A stretch of DNA of 64,000 bases from IMG/VR virus record IMGVR_UViG_3300042397_000787; one strand, given 5' to 3'. The notes beneath the pieces were generated by a model. That model was given only the letters and a program-made list of their open reading frames with translations. It was not told the DNA's origin and ran no database searches. Source of the stretch: a virus. Shown here one piece after another: positions 17,131-25,832 of the stretch (the first letter of the stretch is position 1; each line of letters opens with the position of its first letter). The position numbers and the translations under genes were made by a program.

Positions 17131-17673
17131 TTATAGTCCCTGTTCCTTCAAAACTTTTTCGATGTCTGGTTTAAAGTAAGTATCTGGTTTCAGAATCTTA
17201 CCATCTGCCCGTTTCTTAATCTTTCCACTCTCGGAAACCTTGCTCATATTTGATGCTCGAACTTCTTCCCATACCGCATCAAAATTAATACCCAGAGTTG
17301 CGAAAAGTCCTTTTACGACCCAGACTAAATCTGCGCCACCATCTGCAACGTCACCGATGTGCCGACGAAGAAATCCGTCACACAGTTCGCGGAATTCTTC
17401 ATCAATTAGATCAATATATAGCTTGGCTTGAGCCTCATTATTTTCATTTAGATGTGGAGTTGCACCGATATACTGGTCGGCCGCTGCCATAAACTGTTCA
17501 ACATCATTCTGATAATTATTATTCTTCTTACTCAATGTATAACTCCCATCTTCATTTTCTATCCAAATTATTGTATCACCGGGCTTCCACCCAGTTTCTT
17601 CCTCAAGGCCATCCCAGGCAATATAATGTTCATCTGAAACTGCATCATACTGCACTGTAACTGTATCCACCAT
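17131..17673 (-). CDS. MazG-like NTP pyrophosphohydrolase with N-terminal AbrB-like domain
   Basis: LIDEEFRE, DGGADL, EVRASNMSK, DGKILKP; N-terminal GWKPGDTIIW. Confidence 0.8.
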   Translation of the reverse strand: MVDTVTVQYDAVSDEHYIAWDGLEEETGWKPGDTIIWIENEDGSYTLSKKNNNYQNDVEQFMAAADQYIGATPHLNENNEAQAKLYIDLIDEEFRELCDGFLRRHIGDVADGGADLVWVVKGLFATLGINFDAVWEEVRASNMSKVSESGKIKKRADGKILKPDTYFKPDIEKVLKEQGL

Positions 17674-17674
17674 T

Positions 17675-18520
17675 TTAATACTCCAAAGCTGATTTACAAA
17701 TATCTTCTAAAGATTTAGTTTCAGTGAAAAACTTGCTTACTTCTGGTAGAACAGAAACTACAACTTCTCCAGGTCTTCTATCACAATACACTTTTTTGAT
17801 GGGTTTGTCAATGACATTTTCCATGGCAGACACAACTTCTAGCACAGAACTTCCTGTTGTGCTTCCCAGACATTCTACATTATTTGTTGCACCATTTTCT
17901 ACTATTCTATAAAGAGAATCCACAATATCTGTAATATGCGTATAATTTCGAATAGTAGTTCCGTCTCTAGTATCATAATCAGTACCAAAGATACCAACTT
18001 CTGGATACAAACCATTAGCAACTGCGGCCAATTTACGAATTAAGTGATAGTGACTGTCATCGAACTTGTCGAATCCGTCGTTACCACTGACATTATAAAA
18101 TCTAGCAATACTATAAGACGGAAGTAATGTAACTAAGTCTTCGCCTGCTCGTTTACTTCCGGCGTATGGACTACTTCCAGGATTAAATGCGGAGCCTGTG
18201 CTACAGTAAACAAAATTATCTGTTCTAGTTGAATCTAGAACGTTTTGAGTGCCTAAAAGATTTGTCTTATAATAAGGAATAGGCATTGTAACCGATTTTG
18301 ATACCATCGTCAATGCCGCTAGATGAACAACAGCATCATAATCCCCAGCAAAAGTGGCAATTCTGATATCCCAAGGAATTACCTTACCCTCAATATACTT
18401 GGAAATTTCATTCTGTTGCAAATTGAAATCTGTTGCGTAAACTTGATGTCCACCCTCTGCCAACTTTTTGACAAGATGACTACCAATATAGCCAGTTGCA
18501 CCGGTAACTAGGACTTTCAT
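17675..18520 (-). CDS. NAD-dependent epimerase/dehydratase (GalE-like)
   Basis: TGATGYIG, HLAA, YAGSK, RYFNV-like RFYNV, DGTTIRNYTH, RRPG. Confidence 0.88.
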   Translation of the reverse strand: MKVLVTGATGYIGSHLVKKLAEGGHQVYATDFNLQQNEISKYIEGKVIPWDIRIATFAGDYDAVVHLAALTMVSKSVTMPIPYYKTNLLGTQNVLDSTRTDNFVYCSTGSAFNPGSSPYAGSKRAGEDLVTLLPSYSIARFYNVSGNDGFDKFDDSHYHLIRKLAAVANGLYPEVGIFGTDYDTRDGTTIRNYTHITDIVDSLYRIVENGATNNVECLGSTTGSSVLEVVSAMENVIDKPIKKVYCDRRPGEVVVSVLPEVSKFFTETKSLEDICKSALEY

Positions 18521-18603
18521 CTATCTTCCCGACTTTTTTGAGTTAAAAATTTGGCGAGAAAAAAATGTCACTTGCCGTTTTTCAAAGGTTCCTGGCTTTT
18601 TGG

Positions 18604-19314
18604 TCAAGGTAGTTTTCTTTCGAACTCTGCCCATGCCGCCATGTCATCTAGTGCCTTGATTACATCGGGAAAGTGTTGACCAATAATCTCCCAGCACTGT
18701 TCTGCTACGATGCGGTGTTCTTTCTGTGTGGCTTTGTCCATACGAAGTTGGCAGTAGTGAACCCACGAACGTAGCGAACCTGCCATGATAATGATGGACT
18801 CTGTATTACCTTCAGGTAGAACGGCGCGGGCCTGTTCTTTGGCAATACCATTCTCAATTGCCCACTCATAAGCATCTAAAGCGGCATCAGTGGCGTTTAC
18901 CTGTCTCATTGCCCATTGTTCGGCCAATTCATTGTTTCCGGATCCCAATTCCACCGAGTTTTGTCGGTTATTGGCGTCCTGTAGTCTTGCCTCTCTAGTG
19001 ACAAATTCAAGGCTTTTAGTCGGGTCTGCATATCTCTGCGAAAATTCTTGGAACGAAAAGGATCGATGGCGAAGAATTTGCCGAGCGATGTCACGAGTTG
19101 TTTTAATTTCCATTGATACATGTACCATCTCCAATGGTGACCAGTGTTGGTTCTTGATAAGATATTGAACCAACTTAGGTGCTGTTGCTGTATTGTTTTG
19201 ATTCGAGGGATTCGATACTCTTGCTGCCCATGCAACAAGTTCATTGGCAGTATTACATTCTGTGTAGGCACTTGGCTTTGTAATACCAATTAAATTTACT
19301 TCACTCAACTTCAA
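18604..19314 (-). CDS. thyX: Flavin-dependent thymidylate synthase
   Basis: RHRSFSFQEFSQRY motif. Confidence 0.95.
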   Translation of the reverse strand: MKLSEVNLIGITKPSAYTECNTANELVAWAARVSNPSNQNNTATAPKLVQYLIKNQHWSPLEMVHVSMEIKTTRDIARQILRHRSFSFQEFSQRYADPTKSLEFVTREARLQDANNRQNSVELGSGNNELAEQWAMRQVNATDAALDAYEWAIENGIAKEQARAVLPEGNTESIIIMAGSLRSWVHYCQLRMDKATQKEHRIVAEQCWEIIGQHFPDVIKALDDMAAWAEFERKLP

Positions 19315-19579
19315 ATTCCTTCACTGCTTGGAACTGTGCCTTACTTACGAAACCAACACCCAATAGATGGTCTACACGGTCAGTTGCGTCGGCATAATCT
19401 GCATATCTACCATCATCGAACCACCACCAGCGGTCGAGACCAAGGAACCAGCGAGGTTCGCGTCGGTATTCGACCAGCCACATATCGTCGGTTCGATGGA
19501 TACGCAACTTTGTAATCTTAATACGGTGTATCTCTACACCATATTCATTAGCGACCAATTCGCTCATATCTTTCTCCAC
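19301..19579 (-). CDS. Hypothetical protein
   Basis: Coupled ORF between primase and thyX. Confidence 0.55.
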   Translation of the reverse strand: MEKDMSELVANEYGVEIHRIKITKLRIHRTDDMWLVEYRREPRWFLGLDRWWWFDDGRYADYADATDRVDHLLGVGFVSKAQFQAVKEFEVE

Positions 19580-20604
19580 ATGGCATATCTTGCCTTTGCT
19601 GCTAACCCTTGAAACGTATTATCATTTATAATAGCATGAATTTCATCGGGTGTCAATCCATTTTCAATCATCTCATTGATATCTTTACCGGGAACACTGT
19701 CTGGCCAGATTACCATCTTATAACTCATATCTATATACTTATTCATCAACTTACCGACTTCTCGGTTTTTAGGTTGATTGTCAAAAATAATTGTTATTTT
19801 TTCTTTTTGTATCGGGAGTTGGTCGATTTTTCCGAATGACGTTCCAGCACAAGCGATAGAATTATCCAGAAAAAGGGAGTCAAGGGGCCCTTCGACAACG
19901 AGTATTTCTTTTGTAGGATCGACCTTATCCAGACCGAAAATGGATGGCGCATCTTCATCTACCTTAACATTAATATAACGTAACGACTCGCCTCGGATTC
20001 CGCGAAGGCTAACAACCAAGAGTTTACCAGAGCCATCAAAAAAAGGAATCGCAAGCCTCGGCTCGGTTGTGATGATGGACTCTTTGTATTTGGCATTAAG
20101 TTGTATGATGTCTTTAACATTAGGTATGAAATACAGCCGACTAAAAGCATCGCGAGGGATTTTGCGGTCAGTAACATATTGAATTACCTCGTGGTCATCT
20201 GGTAGTGTATCAAGTCGATCCATAATTTGGTCGATTGGTTTAGGGTCTGGTTTCTTAGTGAATACAGGCGGTGAAAAATCTAGAACGTCTTGAATATTCT
20301 TGTGAGACTTAGCAGGTCCAACTTTGGCAGTATCTGCATAGCGTTGTATGACATACTGCCTATATTGATTGTCATCAAACTGCTTTAGAAAGTTGCCGAA
20401 GCCCATAGATACGCCACAGTTGTGACACTTATAGTTTAGGTCATTCTTTCCTAAGAAGAAATAGCCGCGAGATTTTCTTTTGTTACGCGAGGAGTCACCG
20501 CAGATGGGACACCTGCAGTTCCAAAGATCGTTAGATTTTTTCTTGAAGTTCTCCAGACGATACGAAATGGCATGGAGAAACTGAATATCAATATATGCAC
20601 TCAT
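19564..20604 (-). CDS. 61: DNA primase (gp61)
   Basis: CPICGDS...CHNCG zinc finger; TOPRIM VEGPLDSLF; KDINEM. Confidence 0.95.
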   Translation of the reverse strand: MSAYIDIQFLHAISYRLENFKKKSNDLWNCRCPICGDSSRNKRKSRGYFFLGKNDLNYKCHNCGVSMGFGNFLKQFDDNQYRQYVIQRYADTAKVGPAKSHKNIQDVLDFSPPVFTKKPDPKPIDQIMDRLDTLPDDHEVIQYVTDRKIPRDAFSRLYFIPNVKDIIQLNAKYKESIITTEPRLAIPFFDGSGKLLVVSLRGIRGESLRYINVKVDEDAPSIFGLDKVDPTKEILVVEGPLDSLFLDNSIACAGTSFGKIDQLPIQKEKITIIFDNQPKNREVGKLMNKYIDMSYKMVIWPDSVPGKDINEMIENGLTPDEIHAIINDNTFQGLAAKARYAMWRKI

Positions 20605-20610
20605 AGATTC

Positions 20611-20639
20611 ACTATACACCTTTAGACGGTGTAAGTCAA
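20611..20639 (-). promoter_or_regulatory. sigma70-type promoter of primase (probably leaderless)
   Basis: TTGACT-17-TATAGT, then 6 nt, then ATG. Confidence 0.65.
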
Positions 20640-20644
20640 CCCTT

Positions 20645-21109
20645 TTAGAAGAACTTCATCACCATCGGTAATATTTTTGTGATGATGGCACCGAGAACAA
20701 TGCCACCACCTATCATAATATACTTGGTTCTTTCCAATTTGTCAATACGATTTTTATGTTTTTCTTCTTCTTTATCAACTGAACCCTTGAGGTCTTTGAT
20801 AGCAGCAAGCATCTTGTCTTCGGTAGACTGAATTTTTGCTTCAAGTTCACGAGTGGTTGTTGTGATACGCGAATGTAACTCGGCGTTACTTGCCTTGGTT
20901 TCTTGTCTATGCACCTCTAAACTCTGGTAGATATCTTCGTTGACATTTTCTTGTGCTTCGAGTTTAGTATCATGAACAGCAAGCATCTTATTGATGCAGT
21001 TGGAAACATCACCAATCTTTTCGATTGCGAGGTCAAGGCGACCGAACACCACCTGAATTTGCTTCAGGTCATGTTCGATTACCGCGACTTTGGTTTCCAA
21101 AGATTCCAA
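20645..21109 (-). CDS. Coiled-coil protein with C-terminal TM anchor
   Basis: Heptad repeats and hydrophobic C-terminus; lies in the lysis neighbourhood. Confidence 0.65.
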   Translation of the reverse strand: MESLETKVAVIEHDLKQIQVVFGRLDLAIEKIGDVSNCINKMLAVHDTKLEAQENVNEDIYQSLEVHRQETKASNAELHSRITTTTRELEAKIQSTEDKMLAAIKDLKGSVDKEEEKHKNRIDKLERTKYIMIGGGIVLGAIITKILPMVMKFF

Positions 21110-21280
21110 TTACTTTGCCTTTGGTTTACGTGCTTTTTTGACAACTGCTTTAACTTGTTCAACCTTTGCTTCTGCCTTATCAACTGCGGCAGTAACCTCA
21201 GCGAGGTCAATCTTACCGTCCTTGTTAGCGTCTACAAAACCAAAAAGTTTTTTCAGTGCATCTTTGATTTGATTAAGCAT
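21110..21280 (-). CDS. Small EF-hand-motif protein
   Basis: DANKDGKIDLAE canonical 12-residue Ca2+-binding loop; Lys-rich tail. Confidence 0.65.
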   Translation of the reverse strand: MLNQIKDALKKLFGFVDANKDGKIDLAEVTAAVDKAEAKVEQVKAVVKKARKPKAK

Positions 21281-21284
21281 ATTC

Positions 21285-22460
21285 TTATCCCCAGTTTGCG
21301 TATTGTTTAGTTTTCTTAATACGGTCATCAAGACCATGCGTACCACCGTTTACTCGGCGAGTAATCTGGCCGATGACTGCATCTGTTACACCCTTATCTG
21401 CAATAGCGAATAGACCATTCTTATTGAAGAACCAAAGAGCGGATTCGAAAGCAAGTTCTGTTGCTACGATGTCTGGGTTTGTCAGGACATCAGGGCGCTT
21501 GATTGATTGTGAGAATGCAGTGTAGTTATCCTTACCAGTTAACTGGATTGGACCACGGCCACGGAACTTATATCCGTCACCCGATGACTCTGGTCCATTA
21601 CCCATACGATTAGCATACACTTTGTTTGCAATCTTTTCTGGCTTACGAGCATATCCGGCAGTCGATGCGATGGTCGGAAAATACTTCTTGAAGATGCCGT
21701 TGAGGCCCTTGTCAGAGTAGTTTAGATTTTCTGAGAACACCTTGAAGCCACCGGACTCATGAGCGCATTGTCCAAAGAAGTGCGCAGCCTGTGCAGTAGA
21801 AAGTTTGTAGTAATCCTTAGCACCCTTGAATGTTCCTGGGCCCCACTTACCATCGGCTGGAATACCACACTTCGCTTGAAGTGCCGCCATTGGTCCAAGA
21901 CCAGCAGTTGATGTTGCTTGAACGGCGGCCTTAGCAACTTGCGCTACTGCTTGAACAACAGGCGCACCCGCTTCTCTAGTAGTCGATGGGTCAAAGTCAG
22001 CAACAGGTGTATACTTTGTACCACCAGCCTTAGACTTAGTGGCAATCAAACGTTGTTTACGATTGCCGCCTTCTTTCTTAATTGATGCGTGAACCCAACC
22101 AGAATTCTTATCGCCCGCTGCATAGAACTCAAGGATAACCTGATCGAACTCAAGGTTATCGGCAACCCAGTCAGCAACCTTCTTGTTGTCTACACCCTTA
22201 ACTTCGAAGTCAATTGCTTGACCGTTAACGTGTTGAGAAGTCTTCGAACCACCTACTGCCTTGTTGACAAGTGGTGCGCGATAAGACGAGTTGATTGTAA
22301 CTGGCCCAAACTTGGCTCTTACTGGCTCAAGAATCTTCTCGCAACAGTAGCGCATATTTTCGATATGCTCTGCGGTTGGAGTGTTAGGGATGCCTAGTCG
22401 CTTGGCGGTAGGCGATACTGTCATTTCTTCCAGTGCAAAATGTTCTGTTAGCTTTGTCAT
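21285..22460 (-). CDS. Dual-catalytic endolysin: peptidase M15 + PG-binding segment + GH19
   Basis: SSYR...SQHVNGQAID...WVH (M15); ADGKWGPGT; HESGGF...FRGRGPIQLTGKDNY...VNGG (GH19). Confidence 0.9.
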   Translation of the reverse strand: MTKLTEHFALEEMTVSPTAKRLGIPNTPTAEHIENMRYCCEKILEPVRAKFGPVTINSSYRAPLVNKAVGGSKTSQHVNGQAIDFEVKGVDNKKVADWVADNLEFDQVILEFYAAGDKNSGWVHASIKKEGGNRKQRLIATKSKAGGTKYTPVADFDPSTTREAGAPVVQAVAQVAKAAVQATSTAGLGPMAALQAKCGIPADGKWGPGTFKGAKDYYKLSTAQAAHFFGQCAHESGGFKVFSENLNYSDKGLNGIFKKYFPTIASTAGYARKPEKIANKVYANRMGNGPESSGDGYKFRGRGPIQLTGKDNYTAFSQSIKRPDVLTNPDIVATELAFESALWFFNKNGLFAIADKGVTDAVIGQITRRVNGGTHGLDDRIKKTKQYANWG

Positions 22461-22912
22461 TAGAATGGTCCGTGGTCTTCGTCTGAATCTTTATACTTAT
22501 CAATTGCTGCCATCAGTTTAATTTCTGTGTCAGCTTCAATTGATTCCGCTTGGGCATTGGTAACATGCGCTTCTGCTAGTGCCTTATGGTCAGTCTTACC
22601 TAGCTCTTGAACTTTGACATTAGGGTCAAGTTCTGAAACTTTCATACCCATCATCGTCGCAAACGCACCGACGAAAGCACCAACGATGGTAGAGAATGCT
22701 GGACCAATAATCTTAAAGATTTCGTTGTTATCGATTGTCTCATTAGGAACAAAAAGGCCAATCATCATGGTCACAACAACAGACATCATAATGATGCCAA
22801 GAATAGCCGCGGCCATCTTCATGATGGTAAGTTGAATCTTACCCTTCTCAATTTCTAGTTCTTGGAGGGTATCAATTTGTTTACCCACCGAGAAAAAATT
22901 TGACAAACTCAT
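22460..22912 (-). CDS. Two-TM membrane protein (holin/antiholin candidate)
   Basis: Two hydrophobic segments; coupled to the endolysin. Confidence 0.55.
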   Translation of the reverse strand: MSLSNFFSVGKQIDTLQELEIEKGKIQLTIMKMAAAILGIIMMSVVVTMMIGLFVPNETIDNNEIFKIIGPAFSTIVGAFVGAFATMMGMKVSELDPNVKVQELGKTDHKALAEAHVTNAQAESIEADTEIKLMAAIDKYKDSDEDHGPF

Positions 22913-23448
22913 TGTGCATTCCTTCTTATAATTTTTTTCTTCTTTTTATAATTTGCTTGTGCCTTCTTAGAGACACCAGGTTCTGCTTGGTTGGCTTTAG
23001 TTGGATTTGGAATACCAATCCCAGCTATTCCACCACCACCGACACCCATCTCTTCAACAAACTGTCTGAATGATAGTGTTCTGTTCTCTAGGTCTTCTGC
23101 TAAAGCAATAGCGTCTGGTTCTTGGTGTGCCATGTAGAATAGTTCCTCTAAAACATCGTCATCATATTCTACCCCTTCTTTTACCAATGCAACCGCAGCG
23201 GCAAAAGAAAGAAAGTTCTTACTTTCTACTGGCACCATATGAATAATTCTTTTCAATCTAAAAACTAAACGATGGAGATAAGTATATGCTTCTCTCTCAA
23301 CATCTGTATTTAGTTTTGAAATTGGTGTGATTTCTTTACCCTTCTTGTCGATAATGCCCAAGCGGTATGCGTCCGTTCTTTCAAACGGAGTAGTGAGCAT
23401 CCATAGGACGCGCAGTGCAATAGCATTATCGATCAACTTAGCCATCAA
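22909..23448 (-). CDS. Conserved T4-like late hypothetical protein
   Basis: TPFERTDAYRLGIIDKKG; internal LSFRQFVEE segment. Confidence 0.7.
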   Translation of the reverse strand: MMAKLIDNAIALRVLWMLTTPFERTDAYRLGIIDKKGKEITPISKLNTDVEREAYTYLHRLVFRLKRIIHMVPVESKNFLSFAAAVALVKEGVEYDDDVLEELFYMAHQEPDAIALAEDLENRTLSFRQFVEEMGVGGGGIAGIGIPNPTKANQAEPGVSKKAQANYKKKKKIIRRNAQ

Positions 23449-23800
23449 TATTCCTTAAAGTTCTCGCTATGTTTAAATCTAAAGGTATTTCTGGTATATC
23501 ATCTACAGTCATTCTATTTAGATAAACTAGAAATGTTTTCAGGTATGACCAATACTTATTTTCTAATTTATATAAAAGCATCAAAGTGGTTTCATTACCA
23601 AATACGTTATACAAAACTATTAAGTGATTGAGTATCAATCTTTCACTTAATATATCTGTTGTTACATATCTACGAAATAATCGTTTGATATACTTAAATC
23701 GTTTTAAATCTTCTTCAAGGTCAGACATACCAAGGCAACCTCGATTGTCATAACTCTTAATAGCAAAGATCAAAAAATTATCATCATTTAATTCAAACAT
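23438..23800 (-). CDS. Conserved T4-like hypothetical protein
   Basis: EDLKRFKYIKRL...LILNHLIVLYNVFG. Confidence 0.75.
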   Translation of the reverse strand: MFELNDDNFLIFAIKSYDNRGCLGMSDLEEDLKRFKYIKRLFRRYVTTDILSERLILNHLIVLYNVFGNETTLMLLYKLENKYWSYLKTFLVYLNRMTVDDIPEIPLDLNIARTLRNIDG

Positions 23801-23801
23801 A

Positions 23802-24254
23802 TTATGTTACTGTCGCCGTTCCTCCAATGAAATACCACAATGTTCCTTGGAACATAAGTGTCGCGGTATCTCCTGCCCCATTAAAAACAATACTAGAATG
23901 ACCAATATTGGACGTAATACTTAGTGTATGATTTGCGGAATTTGATTGCATGATGATAGTTTTAATTTGGCCATCAACACCATCAACGATGGTTAATGTA
24001 CCACTAGCATCAGGTGACGTAATCCTTGTTACCAAAGATGTAATTGAAATGGCACCCGCAGCCGATAAAGTCTGCGGAGTGCCACCCAATACTAATTTGT
24101 CTTCTAAAACTACCGGGACAGGAATGCCGCCGAACAGATTAGCAACAGTAATCTTATGATCATATGGACTTGTATTTGGTTTCACTAGATAAATCACATC
24201 AGCCGAATTCGCTTCGGTTGCTGGATTCATCGCTGTTACTTTGCTATCTGCCAT
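23802..24254 (-). CDS. Putative virion structural protein
   Basis: MADSKVTAM N-terminus, beta-rich DGVDGQIKTI domain. Confidence 0.6.
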   Translation of the reverse strand: MADSKVTAMNPATEANSADVIYLVKPNTSPYDHKITVANLFGGIPVPVVLEDKLVLGGTPQTLSAAGAISITSLVTRITSPDASGTLTIVDGVDGQIKTIIMQSNSANHTLSITSNIGHSSIVFNGAGDTATLMFQGTLWYFIGGTATVT

Positions 24255-24260
24255 TAGTTA

Positions 24261-25832
24261 TTAATCCTCTGGGAATTCGATATCGTCAGCGGCATCACCG
24301 GTGATGCCGTTCTTCGAAAGGGCGCACAGAACTTCATACTGGATACGACCAGCATGAGCACCAGTTAGAACCTTACGCTTTACCCAACCAGTGTGAGCAA
24401 CAGCACCACTAAGTCCTTCTTCATCACCTTGGTTTACACCAAGTGCTGCATTAGCAGTAGCAGTTGTTGCAGTCATCAGATCGAAATACTGATCATTATT
24501 ACCAGTACCAGAAATCAGAACGAGTGTAAATGGCGTATATGTTAGACCAGTTGGCGTACCTACTGTTGTAGTAAGTGCAGAACCATCTTCACCCGTCAGA
24601 GTAAATCCAGTTACGGATGGCGATGTACCTGTAACAGCAGAAACAGTATAGATGCTGCCCGTCGCATATCCAGAAATAGTACCAGTTCCACCTAGTGTAC
24701 CAGTAATACGAATACGATCACCAGCTGCTAGAGTAGTTGCGGTGCAAGTAAACTGACCGCCAGTTCCAGAGATAGCAACACCAGCAAGTGCGGTACGACC
24801 AGCAGCAGCAGAGGCAGAAGCAGCCAAACGGAACAGACCAGTTGTAAACCCTAGAGCAGAAACAAAGTATGAAGTTCCGTTTACTAAACCAGTAACAGCA
24901 GTACCACCATTATGATAATACTTAATTTCTTCACCAGAAACTAAACCGTGAGTAGCATAAGTAAACTTCTCTTCAGCAATAGTAACAGCAGATGTAGGCA
25001 CAGTTCTGCGTGGAACTGAAAGATTTACAGTAGGAGCAGTTTCATATGAAGAACCATTGTCTGTTACAGTGATTGCAGTAACTACGCCACCAGAGATGGT
25101 CGCTGTTGCCTCAGCATCAGCACCACCACCACCTGAGAAACCAACAGCAGGGGTTTCAAGGTAACGTGTACCACCTTGGATTAGAGCAACCGCTGAAATG
25201 TAACCACCCGATTGGTCGCCATGAATTTCGCTGCTTCTTACACCAAAAACTTGTGTCGATTCAAAGTCAGTTGATCCAACAGAGGCAACGAAAGTTGGTT
25301 TTTCGTGGGCTCTATATGTTTGACCAGAGAATGTAGTCAGAGTTGTTCCTGGATTTGCATTGATAACAGTCGCCACTGTTTCACTAGCAACGGCGATTAC
25401 AATCATTTCCTGAGTACCAACACGAACGATATCATTAACAAGAAGAAGATCCGTCACGAACAAGGTGTCTGTACCTGTTAGAGTTCCGCGACCGTAATCT
25501 AGACTTAGTGTGAAAGTGTGTGAAGCACCTGAACCATCTGTCGAGGCGATTACTGTTGGATTATTATGTAGTGCCTGTGCTTCAGTAGCAGCAACCATGA
25601 AAGTATCTGTAGTAACATTAGTTACGTAGTATGTGCTGCCAGATGTCAGACCTACAACAGAAGTTCCTCCACCGTTTGCATATGCAACAGGATCGCCTAG
25701 TTGAAATGGATGGCCTGACGAATTATAAACGCCGGCAGCATGACCTGTGGCGCCATTGAATGTGATAGCAGGTGCAGTAAGAGTTACTGTACCCGACACT
25801 GATTTACTATCTGCTTTACCCCATGCGGACAT
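24261..25832 (-). CDS. Gly/Thr/Ala-rich virion structural (fibre/decoration) protein
   Basis: Repeated H-x-x-x-x-G[DE]...GL..G..Y[YF]V modules and GxxY...P.V repeats. Confidence 0.7.
   Translation of the reverse strand: MSAWGKADSKSVSGTVTLTAPAITFNGATGHAAGVYNSSGHPFQLGDPVAYANGGGTSVVGLTSGSTYYVTNVTTDTFMVAATEAQALHNNPTVIASTDGSGASHTFTLSLDYGRGTLTGTDTLFVTDLLLVNDIVRVGTQEMIVIAVASETVATVINANPGTTLTTFSGQTYRAHEKPTFVASVGSTDFESTQVFGVRSSEIHGDQSGGYISAVALIQGGTRYLETPAVGFSGGGGADAEATATISGGVVTAITVTDNGSSYETAPTVNLSVPRRTVPTSAVTIAEEKFTYATHGLVSGEEIKYYHNGGTAVTGLVNGTSYFVSALGFTTGLFRLAASASAAAGRTALAGVAISGTGGQFTCTATTLAAGDRIRITGTLGGTGTISGYATGSIYTVSAVTGTSPSVTGFTLTGEDGSALTTTVGTPTGLTYTPFTLVLISGTGNNDQYFDLMTATTATANAALGVNQGDEEGLSGAVAHTGWVKRKVLTGAHAGRIQYEVLCALSKNGITGDAADDIEFPED

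Noticed and set aside
18521-18603. A/T-tract intergenic stretch with TTTTTTTCTCGCCAAATTTT
   Set aside because: Single occurrence in the window with no supporting structure; no function can be assigned.
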